From Botryllus schlosseri (Eukaryota), in assembly GCA_051294905.1 (NCBI GenBank), contig CM119371.1, positions 870,001 through 934,000 on the forward strand: DNA of 64,000 nt, given 5' to 3'. The stretch's first letter is position 1; every line of letters begins with the position of its first letter. The notes under the pieces are model-generated. The model saw nothing but the letters and a program-made list of their open reading frames with translations. It did not search any database and had not been told where the DNA came from. The position numbers and the translations under genes were made by a program. This document shows, in pieces, positions 39,561-52,383 of this stretch.

Positions 39561-42173
39561 AGCAACATATTGAAATATACGAATATGTGCTGGAAAACAA
39601 TGAATCATGCATCTGATGACCATACATACAATACGGACTTCCCCGTTTACACACATTAAGTTCATTTTGATTTTTGGATGACGGATATTGATCCGTGATC
39701 TGAAACTTGCGGGTCATGACCCCAAGTGGGGTCACCTAAACTATTTGTGGGGTCGCAATGACTCGATGTCGTTCAAGTCAGGTAGATTCGTGTCTTAACT
39801 GTCTTAAAATTTCCTTCACTTTATCATATTCCTAAGTTGGTTGGACTGATACTGAGATGCCCACGGTTGTATATTGAGGCATAGCTATCCATAGAGGCAA
39901 TTTTCAAGCTGTGATATGTGAGCGTGTTTGTGAAAGCACGGGCTGTTGTAATGGTTTAGCGCAGAAGAAAGAGAAATTGGATATTTTGCATCATTCGCTC
40001 ATGGCTCATGAACTAGAGTTGTTCAAGACACAGATGAATAGCTTCGCGCAGCAAAGAGGCAAGTGGAGTGGAACATTGCGTTAATGAAAAATCATTGCGG
40101 TAGTTTTCTGAAAAAACTAGCTACAGGCAAAAAATAGCTACGGCAAAAAATAGTTAGAGGATAATCTTGCATGGCTTCCATGAGAGAAATTGGCATGGCA
40201 CCAAGGAAAATCAACCCTGCATCACCAATACCAACTTTAGTTTTGAAAATTGCAGACTTTGTCATGTCATTTCATGTTTCTCGCAGAGATGTATTTGTAA
40301 TTGCGAAAATTACTTCTACTAATTATAAGTGACACCTCTACTAAATCTACTTTTAAACTACTCAATCTAGTAATTTTAAGACGTTTCCATTTCTACTTCC
40401 ACTCCACAATAACTACTGTGACTTTACGATGTAAGTAATGCGACGGTGGCTTGGCACTCGATTTCGCTGCGCGAGAGGGATATTCTTGTTAACTCGTTGC
40501 AAAATGCATCGGATAAAGAGGCATTTTCAGGAGAACAATAAATTAGATTAGAATTAAAATTAGACCATATGAACATTTCACAAATTGGATTCTATTTAGA
40601 ACTCGAGATCATTTCACAAATTAGATCAGAATGAGATGACTGGCATTTCACTCTAATTTAGTCCAAGTCTGATACAGACACTGTGTATCATAGTGACTTG
40701 TGCTGTATGAGTCAGGTGTGTGTTTTGACTGACTGTGAACCCTGATCTCGATCAGCATGACTTAGACAACTGGATAATTTTAGTTGTCTAATTACAATAA
40801 TTAAAGCAAAATGTCGGTAATTTAATTCTAATATAGTTTGTGAAATTTTTCTTTGCTCTAATTACAATTCTGATATGATTTCTGGTTTTCCGTAAAATGT
40901 TGCACGAGAACTGTATTGTGCAAAACGAATCAAGCATAATGTGCAGACATTTGTCATCGTCATGCTTATGAGAATGAGGTCTGATTTGATATGAATAGAA
41001 CTTGATTACATGCTCAAGTTTTTTGCGAATTCAGTAATGCTGATTCCAATCTGATTTGTTAAAAACTGTGTAGCTATTACTTTAATTCTAATCTAATTAA
41101 AAACAAATTGTACAGTTATAATTCTAATTCTAGCATGATTTGTCAAAAACTGCTCAGCTAACATTCTAATTCCAATCTGATTTAAAAAGGCTGCAAATGA
41201 TCTAGTTGACCAAGTCTGGCTCATAGCAGCCCGTGGGGTTGTCGTGTGACGACCGGTTAGGAACAACTGCAACTGCAGCCTATACCCTACAACTCGTTTC
41301 AGAAAATTTTCATTAGTGAAGTCGAAGCAGACTTGTCAGAAAAAAAATCGTAAAATTTCAACCGTACATTCTATGTAGCCTACATCTGAACGTAAAATAG
41401 AGTTTAACCCACACCAAAGTTGCAGCCCTTTGAAAATAAACCCAAGAATCAAAATGAAGTTGGTGGTTCTTAACAGGACTGCGCCCGACGGAGACTTCAA
41501 CCAGTTGGATTCGTTTCAGAAGCATGTTGGAAGTTGTCTCGATCCTATCAGATTTGGCAGGGTGTCGGACTGATACCGAGATGCCAATGATTGTATATTG
41601 AGGTATATTGAGCTATTAATACAGAGGTGATTTTCAAGCTGTGATATGTTATCGTATTTATGACCTCACAACCTGTCGTAGTGGTCTGGAAGAGAAGCAC
41701 ATGGGATATTTAGCATTGGCATCATTAACCCATGGCTCAGCAGCAAGAAGATAGTAGGCTACCTTAGAGTTGTTCAACACACAGATGAATAGATTTGCGC
41801 AGCCGTGGAAGCATGGATACAACTGGAGTGGAACACAGTGTTATGGAAAAAATTTATTTGCAGTACGGTGTCTTTTTGAAGAGAATATCAGCGGTCAAAA
41901 TTTATTTTCTCATTTTATTTTCAATTGAAGGCCATTTCATATTTAGAGAGCAATACCACTGAAAACAATCACTTTAGAATACTTCTGTGTATCCACATTT
42001 CCATCATTACTCGTTAGATATTTTTCATTATCAGAAAACAATATGTGGTCGAATGTAAATGCTGGTTTTATTTCCATTTATTTCCACTTGAAAAAATTGC
42101 CAACCACTCGCCAAGAGTACGTCACCACCACTATAGTGCAAAATTTATTCTGTATATTGACCCTCACAAGTAC

Positions 42174-42324
42174 CTGGTCGTACAAGCCTTGATCTGCCAA
42201 GATGCAAATTCCTCTTGTCCCCCTCCTAATTCTTTTGCTTCTTCTGTTGGTTGAGCAACCTTTACCCTTCGGTTCTGCTCACAGCTTGATAAACTCGAAG
42301 CTCATTCCCGCCCAGGGTCTCCCC
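42174..42324 (-). pseudogene. Decayed RBM28/NOP4-like exon, copy D
   Basis: ttttag|GETLGGNELRVYQAVSRTEG*RLLNQQKKQKN*EGDKRNLHLGRSRLVRPG. Confidence 0.65.
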
Positions 42325-43934
42325 CTAAAATGGCAGTCACCCACACGTTTGCAGTCCGTCCTGTACAAACTACAAATATAGTTAGTTGGCGATCAACTAA
42401 CTACTGGTTATTCAGAAGTTCTAGTTCTAGTTGTTTTTCGGCAAACATTTTCCGTTAACCCCGTGAAAATGTAAGGTTGTCTATACTATAGAAACTATGC
42501 TCACAAAATTTAGTTCATTTCCAACCAGTGGACCCCAGGCTAATGCTCATCAGAATTGATAGTATATATGTTAGGGGTCTTAAAAAATCACTTTTTTTCT
42601 CAAATCGTACTGGCCACTTGATAAAATTGTTAGTTTACCTAATTCAGGCCTACACACCAAATTTGGTTCAATTCCAACGAGTAGCCGCATTTCTATTTAT
42701 TATAAAAAAATGAATAACAGAAAATTTGAAAATTTTCTGTTCACCCCATGAAAGTGTTAGGTTGTCTATACTATATAAACTATGCTCTCCAAATTTGTTG
42801 TTCAATTCCAATCAGTGGAAGCGAAATTATTGCCGTCAAAAAATATGAATTATGAATAAAATAGTATTTACGGTGACCAATTCTTCAATTATTTATTATA
42901 GTGGTGCCCACCGTAATACTATTTTATTCTAGATTTTCGATCCAAAAATCCAGTAGCTTACACAAGACCAAGCTCACACATTATGCGTCAGAAATACTGG
43001 CCTCTTATGAATGTATCTCGTTTTCCAATGTCGCCAACTATACTACGAGAGTAGCCATAATCGGTAACTTTATCAATGTTAGAGACACGGCACTAATTTT
43101 TGTTTGGGTCTTCATATAGCGTTGAATTGCATAAAATCTCGGGGCAGTTCCATGCCATCTGTAAGAAAGGGTATAATGATTGTAAGGGATATATACAATG
43201 GACACTCAGGTTGAGACAGATGCCGATTTAACGCCACTCAAGTAGATTAATGAAATATTTTCAGGCAGAGTCATGGTGGTAGCAAACATTGTTGCTACTC
43301 AAGAACAGTACTGTGATAAAGTATTAGCTGGGAGAGTCTAGAGATAGTTCATAACATAGATGCTAGGCTAATCAGTATAGTTGGCGAATTTTTCAATTTT
43401 TGGCAAAAATTTCAAAGCAGACAGAAATGAGAGGGAGAATCCTATAATATTGTCACACTTGACTGATTTCTATACACAATGACCCCCAACTCGAGCTACA
43501 TTTAGGGCCGAGCATCAAAAATTATTAGGCCTAATCTCTTACATGACAGAATAGACCAATCTTTATACCATAGCAAAGCGAACAGGATTTTTAGGTCCAA
43601 GTAGCTCAATTACAGACGCAATTTCAAATCTGCCTTAGAAAAGCCTTTCAATTTCACAAGAGTATGATCATTAAAAGCTTGTTTTTCATCATGCTATAAC
43701 TTGGACACTATACTTATGGTGTGTAATTCATGCAAATAAATTGATATTTACTAATATATATTTCACTAGGTTATGAACCAAACTTCTGCAAAATCTGAAA
43801 CTTGATGAAGTCCAAATCTATTGTCATGGCACAAACAATCCCTTACACTGGATTGATCAGGGCTCAAGGTTGAACTTGATCAGACTTCGCAGCATCGTTT
43901 TACATTGAGACGCATATTATTTATAGGACCAAGA

Positions 43935-45638
43935 CACAGTGATTTGCGTACTGGTACTCGAATCTGAATCGAACAGGCCTACTTTAACTGTAATTATTCG
44001 AGTCGATTTTTGGACTAATGAAACTTTACGACCACTTCCATAAAAAAGCTATAATTGCATCAATTTTCTGAAACCTCGATTGGTCGTGTCGCAACATACG
44101 AAACATGTTGTACAAAGTTTGCACATTATCGTAAATGATATTTCTGTGTAGCTGGATCGACTTGCAACATTGTCACGAAGCCAAATATAGTATTTTCGAA
44201 AAATACCTTGTCATCATGTGGTGAAGAGCCGGCCTTATGTTTCATAGTTGCATGAAAAGTAGGCTACATACTCAAACGTTCAGGTCTCCCAGACTCCATA
44301 TACTTGTATCGTCACCATGAGTGATTATCAAATACTTGATGTGAAGCCAGACTAGAATCACTCATGTATGCCTACTGGTAGTCGATTTTGCCCGGATGTA
44401 AGCCTGGTAATTACGAGCAAACCTTTTTCCTGCGTCTCCAGCATCATCGTCCATCGGTAATTCCATTTCAAGTCAACAACACAGTGACCCACTAGGTCTC
44501 AGATTTTCATGTCATTTTAGGAGTAAATCTAGTACGGTATGTAGCACTGAGTGCAGAAAACATGATTTTTCGCAATATTAATACAATGAAACCATTTTGT
44601 GCTTAATGAACGATAAGTTCAATGAGTTTCACATTCCCTGTTACAGTACAATCACAAAACAGCGTATTGAAGTAGTTAAGAGCGAATGATGGGTGTCTAA
44701 AAACAGAATACAAGAAACTCTTGATACTGAAGGGAAAATTTTGGCACTTCTTTGATAGTAGGCAGACATCGAACAGAGTTCACCATGATCACCAATGAAT
44801 ATTTCCCATAAACACGAATAAAAATTTATAAACGTCAAAATGAATTGTTGTTTTCTTCTGTCTTTGTAGAGACGGATATTAGGGTTGGGTTGGGGGGTAT
44901 TAGGATTGGGGAAAGAAGGATATTTGGGCTTGGGAGGGGATGGTAGGCTTGGCGGAAATTAGGGTTATGGGAGGGGGGATATTAGGGTTGGGGGATTGGA
45001 GGTGCGGTTTATTGAGGCCTGGATATTAAGGTTTGAGGAAAGGGGGATTGGAGGTGGGTTAGAGTCAAAGTTAGGGTTGGGTTATCCCAAGATTAGGGTT
45101 GGTGGATATTAGGGTTAGGGAAGGGGGCACTAAGAAGGGGGTCCGGGCACTAAAGATAAATATTTTCTCACTGGCTTGCTGAATGTATCAATTTACACAA
45201 CAAGACAACATTCCCAGGTCATTTATACAGACACAAGTTCAGATCTTCCTAAAAAAAGCTTGTTTTCATCACGCGACAACTTGAAAACTTCATTCAAAAT
45301 GGATACCGCTAGCTATCTACTCAACTATAGCCTTTCACAAGCTGATGAGTCGAATTTCAGCAAAATCTTCAACTTGATGGAGATCAAATCTCTCCTTGGT
45401 ACATTTGACATGAAATTACATATATACAGGAGTTACCTAATGTCACAAACAATCCAGTAAGCTGGCTGAAGGTTTCACAATGTTGTTTGGCAAGGTTGAA
45501 CTTGATCAGAATTGCAGCATCATTTTATATTCAGTAATTGTATTCTCGAGCGAGGCAGGAACGGAAGATCGATACTCCATGGAACCTCGAAAATCATGTT
45601 TAAAAGAAGCTGTAAGCCAATATGGAATCGGTGTCACG
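43935..45638 (+). repeat. Diverged segmental duplicate of ~3584-4440 and ~5385-5880
   Basis: Long collinear similarity, e.g. TGATTTGCGTAC..TACTCGAATCTGAATC, CCAGCATCATCGTCCATCGGTAATTCC and GAAGCTGTAAGCCAATATG. Confidence 0.85.
44874..45145 (+). repeat. G-rich, degenerate TTAGGG-containing simple repeat
   Basis: Multiple ATTAGGGTT(G/A)GG units interspersed with G-runs. Confidence 0.7.
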
Positions 45639-45644
45639 GAGGAA

Positions 45645-48090
45645 GGTTGGTTCGATTGGTTTGAAATAAGGACAAATATGTTAGAAATGAGGTGAGTCTC
45701 ATGTCAGAAATGAGGATAGTCATGTCAGAAATGAGGATAGTCATGTCAGAAATAAGGATAGTCGCTATATTCACTATAAAGTCAGTTACAGTACCAGGCA
45801 CGACTTTCTAGTGCTGCTAACCCAGTCCAAACACATCCCAGACATGATGTCCAAACACGCCCCAGACACGATGTCCGGGTATCAACACAGGCCGAACACG
45901 CCCAAGACACCATGTCCGAATGGCAACACAGGCCGAAAACACCCCAGACATGATGTCTGAACACGCCCCAGATACGATGTCCGGGTATCAACACGGGCCG
46001 AACACGCCCAAAAGACACCATGTCCGAATGGCAACACGGACCGAACACGCCCCAGACACGATGTCCGAGTGTCAACTCAGATCCGAAAACAACCCAGACA
46101 CCGTGCTTGAATGGCCGAACATGCCCCAGACACGATGTCCGATTGGCAGCACAGGCCGAACACACCACAGACATGATGTCCAAACACGCCCCAGATACGA
46201 TGTCCGGGTATCAACACAGGCCGAACACGCCCTAGACATCATGTGTGAATGGCAGTACAGGCCGAACACCCCCCCCCCCCAGACATGATGTCCGAACACG
46301 CCCCAGATACGTTGTCTGGGTATCAACACGGCCGAACACACCCAAGACACCATGTCCGAATGGCAGCACAGGCCGAACACACCCCAGACATAATGTGTGA
46401 ATGGCATCATAGGCCGACCACATCCCAGACATGATGTCCAAAGTCGCCGCAGACACAATGTCCGAACACAGCCGAGACACCATGTTTGAATGGCAGTACA
46501 GGCCGAACACCCCCCCCCCCCAGACATGATGTCCGAACACGCCCCAGATACGTTGTCCGGGTATCAACACGGCCGAACACACCCAAGACACCATGTCCGA
46601 ATGGCAGCACAGGCCGAACACACCCCAGAGATAATGTGTGAATGGCATTAGGCCGACCACATCCCAGACATGATGTCCGAAGTCGCCGCAGACACAATGT
46701 CCGAACACAGCCGAGACACCATGTTTGAATGGCCGAACATGCCCCAGACACGATGTCCGATTGGCAGCACAGGCCGAACACACCCCAGACATGATGTCCA
46801 AACACGCTCCAGATACGATGATCGGGTATCAACACAGGCCGAACACGCCCAAGACACCATGTCCGAATGACAACACAGGCCGATAACACCCCAGACATGA
46901 TGTCCGAATACGCCCCAGATACGAAGTCCGGGTATCAACACGGGCCGAACACGCCCAAGACACCATGTCCGAATGGCAACACAGGCCGAACACACCCCAG
47001 ACACGATGTCCGAGTGTCAACTCAGATCCGAAAACAACCCAGACACCATGCTTGAATGGCCGAGCATGCCCCAGACACGATGTCCGATTGGCAGCACAGG
47101 CCGAACACAACCCATACATGGTGTCGGAACGCCCCAGACACGATGTGCTATTGGCAACACAGTCCCAACACCCCCCAGACACGATGTTAATAAGGTTGGT
47201 CGTGTTTGAAATAAGGTCAGTCTAGTGTTTGAAATAAGGATAGTCATGTTAGAAATAAGGATAGCCATGTTTGATATAGGGATAGTCATGTTTGAAATAA
47301 GGATAGTCTCATGTCAGAAATGAGGATAGTCATGTCAGAAATGAGGATAGTCATGTCAGAAATAAGGATAGTCGCTATATTCACTATAAAGTCAGTTACA
47401 GTACCAGGCACGACTTTCTAGTGCTAACCCAGTCCGAACACATCCCACACATGATGTCCGAACACGCGCCAGATACGATGTCCGGGTATCAACACGGCCG
47501 AACACACCCAAGACACCATGTACGAATGGCAGCACAGGCCGAACACACCCCAGACATAATGTGTGAATGGCATTAGGCCGACCACATCCCAGACATGATG
47601 TCCGAAGTCGCCGCAGACACAATGTCCGAACACAGCCGAGACACCATATTTGAATGGCCGAACATGCCCCAGACACGATGTCCGATTGGCAGCACAGGCC
47701 GAACACACCCCAGACATGATGTCCAAACACGCTCCAGATACGATGATCGGGTATCAACACAGGCCGAACACGCCCAAGACACCATGTCCGAATGGCAACA
47801 CAGGCCGATAACACCCCAGACATGATGTCCGAATACGCCCCAGATACGATGTCCGGGTATCAATACAGGCCGAACACGCCCGAGACACCATGTCCGAATG
47901 GCATCACAGGCCGAACACACCCCAGACATGATGTCCAAGCACGCCCCAGACACGATGTCCAAGTATCAATACAGGCCGAACACACCCAAGACACCATGTC
48001 CGAATGGCAACACGGACCGAACACGCCCCAGACACGATGTCCGAGTATCAACACAGGCCGAATACGCTTAAGACACGATGTCCGAATGAA
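45645..48090 (+). repeat. Left arm: 21-bp tandem array, unique spacer and GC-rich 24/42-bp minisatellite, with the module duplicated
   Basis: (CATGTCAGAAATGAGGATAGT)n, spacer CGCTATATTCACTATAAAGTCAGTTACAGTACCAGGCACG, then units such as CCAGACATGATGTCCGAACACGCC and ATGGCAACACAGGCCGAACAC. The module repeats from ~47200. Confidence 0.92.
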
Positions 48091-48449
48091 TAATTGACCA
48101 GGATAATGGAATTTTATCGAGCGATCATTCGGAAAAATGCCGATTTCCAGATTTCAGACTTGGACGGCTATATTTATTGGTGGTTCCGTTGACCTGCCAG
48201 CTTTAAAATTGTATTTGCGAAATAGCTTTCGATCAAGATCGGTATTGGTAAATTGTAGTTTCATTCAAAGTTAATTTATGAGTTCGGCCGATACTAATGT
48301 CCCTTGCATTTATTGCGGGTCGCCTGTGTTTGCCGCTGGGTTTATTTGACAAGGACAGGAATATTTGGGGCTCACACATATAAATATCGAAGACTCCTGG
48401 TTACACGTCTATAATTTCAAAAGCCGATGCGAAGTTGGATGTTGGACGC

Positions 48450-49118
48450 ACTGGCGTAGCCAGGGGGGACGAAAGGGGCGGTTGCCCCCCCCCCCCCAAA
48501 TTTATTGAAAATTTTCGTAAAATCAATAGATATTAGAGTATTTTGGGGCAAAAGTATGCAACCTAAAATTTTTCTTCGCGCTTGGCGCGATTTGGTGTCC
48601 GTTCATGTCTTGATTTTGTTATCGGTGTCACGAAAAAAAATTATTCCGCAAATACCCATTATTGAATTTAGCTGCATTCTCAATTATGAGAATACAACAG
48701 GACCAGTAGATACACTAGTGTAGCCCGAGGTCGTTGGGTTGATTGAGTCTGTTAGAGTGTCAGTTCAGTATGGCGGTTGGGAACTGTTAGCTCCGGCAAC
48801 TAGGCTACCGTTTCGGGACACACGAAGATATATAAAGTATGCTACATGCTACTCCGCAAAGTGCGCTCCCGAAATGATTGACCACCATAAATCCGACCCA
48901 TGTATTCCGAAGCCTTCGATATAGATAAGCTATAGTTGGCAACTGGAAGCTTCCATAGGGTATGTGTCTGTGTGCGTCTAAGAATCGTATGTATAAAGGG
49001 TAGTGATGAAATTGCCTATGGCAGGATGTACGGTTCTGCGAGATGTTCCCACGGGAGAGCTCCCCTAAAGCCATAATCCCCCCCCCAAAAAAAAATTGTT
49101 TTTCTGGCTACGACCTTG
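48450..49118. mobile_element. MITE with (G)CGTAGCCAG / CTGGCTACG ends
   Basis: CACTGGCGTAGCCAGGGGGG...TTTCTGGCTACGACCTTG; no clear TSD. Confidence 0.5.
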
Positions 49119-49649
49119 CGTGTGCTCGATCTCTTGATCTTGATCTCTTACTAATTGCGCAAAGTGTTTACACCGTATTCTATATAACTTCTCCGTATTA
49201 CTCTTCGACTAAACTACGGGCCTTATAATATGGGGGATGGCGCCGTACCATGCTATTTTCTAAAACGTGCTGTTCGAGAAAACAGAGGATTAGTATAGCA
49301 TTTCCATATCAATACTATCATAATGAGAATGAATGCTTATGCTATCGAAAATTGGATACCTGTTGCCTGTTGGTATGCATTAATATGAATCAAGCTCGTC
49401 ACCTGTTCACAATCCACGTGAACGAATTAGGATCATTTTCACAACTACTTACTTACTTGAGTACTTTTAAAGTCAGTCAATTCTACTTCACCTTCAAGTA
49501 GTTTTAGGTTGCTCATGGAAGAAGTACTTCTACTCGTACTTGAGTAGATTTTTTCGTCGCTACTTCTACTTCTACTTGAGTAGATTTCTTGACTACTTTG
49601 ACCACCTCTGGTTGTGATACACAATGCTGCATAGTATGACACCGGACAA

Positions 49650-50420
49650 AATTTTATACTCCTTGATTCTTCCGATCAGCTGTTCAATATGAATACGTTC
49701 TCTCGCCATCTTTCTTGTTGTGGAACAGTCTGGCTCAGGCATTTGACGTTGTGTAAATCATGTGAAGGAATATTTAAATCTAGATTCAATTTCTTGATTT
49801 CAGACTCAATGGTGAATCCCTTTTCTGCCATGATAGCATTGCCTGGCTCACCATAGCTGAACTCCATCTTTTTCTTGCATTCCTTGTCGAATCCACATAT
49901 TTAACTAGTATTTCGATCTGAAATGATCCCTGTGAATAGTTCCTGCACAAAAGTAAGTGTACCACAATCCAATCCATCAATCCTTTCAAAGTTGTATGTC
50001 ATTTATTGACAGTCAGTAATCATTCTAGATTTGAGAAATCATGAATGAATGCAAATGGTGCATTTTTAAGAACCACATATCTACATGGCCAAATCGCGAT
50101 TTAATGAAGCAGTTACATGTGGCTGACCCAATGGTTTAATACTATGCTTACAGCAATACTATAAATTTGACGTCAGTAGGATAAGTCGGACAATTCAGAA
50201 AGAATTTAATGTAGTCTAGCATAAAATTTCAGCTTCTCCGCATCTTTTGGCATTATGATGCTCCTCTGAGAACTGAACTTCACTAGCAATAATTGTCCGT
50301 CAATTTGTAATTTTCCTGGACGAGTTTCCTGTTTTGTGCTTCTATACTTCTTCCAGAAATTTGATTTTCTTGCGTTTAATCCATCGACTTCCTCTTTCTG
50401 CAGCTTCATAAAAGAAATCC
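49650..50420 (-). pseudogene. Decayed DDE_Tnp_4-type (ISL2EU/Harbinger-related) transposase fragment inside the foldback element
   Basis: TLTFVQELFTGIISD, GNAIMAEKGFTIESEIKKLNLDLNIP and KLKFYARL parallel FVSELYAGSTSD / ILADKGF in the 7835-9318 transposase. Confidence 0.7.
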
Positions 50421-51229
50421 ATCAAGCCTGCACAAAATATATAATATGTTTATTTTACAGAGCAATACTGCTGTGCAGGCACCTGTCAAGGTGTACTCGT
50501 CCGACTCATGCAACGTATCACCGCTACCAATTTCAACCATTCATCTCGTTATTGAATATATATTGCTCTCAACAATTTCAATACATTACACACCATCAAG
50601 CAACAAGACTGGAGTGGAATAAAACGAGACACACACCAAGTCGATTGTGGCATCAAGTGTGACTGCATTTCAGATTGGACTCATTTTGAAACACAGAATT
50701 GTTTCATCTAGATCAGGGCTGGCCAACCTTTTCAGCTAACGGGCCACATTCGATTGACGAATTATCGCGCGGGCCACTAGCCGCGCGAAATTTTTTTGAA
50801 GTTCATAGGCCAATAATATTGTCATTTGACTATATTGCGGGCCTGTTGTACATCGCTGGGCTAATTTTGCGAGGACAGGGCTATTCGGCGCATGGACAAA
50901 TCAATATCGAAAGACGCGACCAACATGCATCAATCATTTCGTGCCTAGGTTTGACTAAGAAAAAAGGTCAACTTTTCGGCTCGACCGCGAAATTTCACTT
51001 TCCCAGCTAAATTTTGGTGAGCTGAGTAACAAAAAAGGTGATTTCTCCGACTTGATTCCAAAAGGACCATAACAGCACTTCGTCAGCCCCCAATACGTTG
51101 GTCTTGACCCCCCCCCTCCATAGGGCGATAAAGCAAACTTCTGCACCCCTCATACCCAACTCCCCCGATACCTCTTCACCGCTACTTCTCAGCACAAATT
51201 GTTGGACTCATTAGTTAGTCGGCTTAATT

Positions 51230-52020
51230 CGTGCGAAGCGCGAAAAATTTCCATCGGTATGATTGAATTGGTCAATATGATCGGGAATTGCATATATATT
51301 TCTATCAATTTCTTATCCTCTCTCTGCTCATGTATTCAGATTTACCGGTAAAGCTGAGTTAGGTGTCTTGGAAAATGTAGGGCCCGTAAATAATAATTTA
51401 ACATATTCGGGCGAACCCGTGGGTATAATGACTTCGTTACGTAATGACATTTTGTGGCCTGTCTGCTATGCCAAAAGATATTCAAATCGCCCATACGTAC
51501 TAAGCTAAAAGATTCACACGAGTTGAAATTGGTATGTCTGCACAGGCAATTAATTTTTCTCTGCGAGATGGCATAATTTTGTGGGGTTCTGATTGCCAGG
51601 ACAGGAACATTTGGCGCCAGCCATTTAGGCGCATATATACAATTAAATATATATGTCTATCGTATATATATCGAAGTCGGTCAGCATAAAGGCAGGCCTT
51701 TTCCCTAAGGTTTTCGCGTTCTGGCCCACTTCTCGGAGTCGCATGTTACATGGCCTGAGACTATACATATCTCTTGGTGCGACATGGTGTGACTGATGCC
51801 GAGATGCCCATTTATATAACTCATGCATATTATTTCTTGGAGGAAGGGTATCCAATAAGTAAGAAATATGAGACCAAGAAAAGGCGCGCAGCGCGGAATT
51901 TTTTTGAAAAAGTTGCCTAAATTTCCACAATAATTATTGTTAATTCACGAAAGAATTGTGGGCCTCCTTCGATCTCGGGCCCCCATCCCAATTGGGGTTT
52001 GGGTGTGGCAGTTACGGTCA
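51230..52020 (+). repeat. Dispersed repeat, second copy at ~60530-61340
   Basis: Collinear similarity (GGAATTGCATATA, CAGATTTACCGGTA, GCCAGGACAGGAACAT, GGCGCCAGCCATTTAGGCGC). Confidence 0.8.
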
Positions 52021-52383
52021 TGGACGCCAATATAGCCATTTCAACGCGCCATCGCCCCCTATCGCCCCCTTCGTCCGTTTTCGCCCCCTATCGCCCCCTT
52101 GGCTATTTTCGCCCCCCTGGACCGACAAATCGCCTCCCGGGGGGCGATATCGCCCACGTTGGGAACCACTGGACTACACAAATATTTGCATGACAACGCA
52201 TGATCTTGAGATTTCTCCTAGCTAGCATTCATGAATATTCTTGTTTGCAATACATTTGATTACATTCCAAAACATACTTGTGCTTTATTGCTAGCGACAC
52301 GTCAAAATGAGGTAAAATGTGCATTATGGCTGTATTAAGTAAGTTCAACCTTATAAATTTGCGACACGAGATAGCGAACTTAT

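Noticed and set aside
39850..40090. Repeated block (also ~1497-1720, ~37990-38095, ~41560-41850) as a further RBM28 exon
   Set aside because: No frame gave a peptide I could match to RBM28 or any other family; treated as part of the duplicated unit.
45820..48090. CRISPR-like appearance of the regularly spaced repeats
   Set aside because: The intervening segments are themselves repeat variants rather than unique spacers, there are no cas genes, and the context is eukaryotic.
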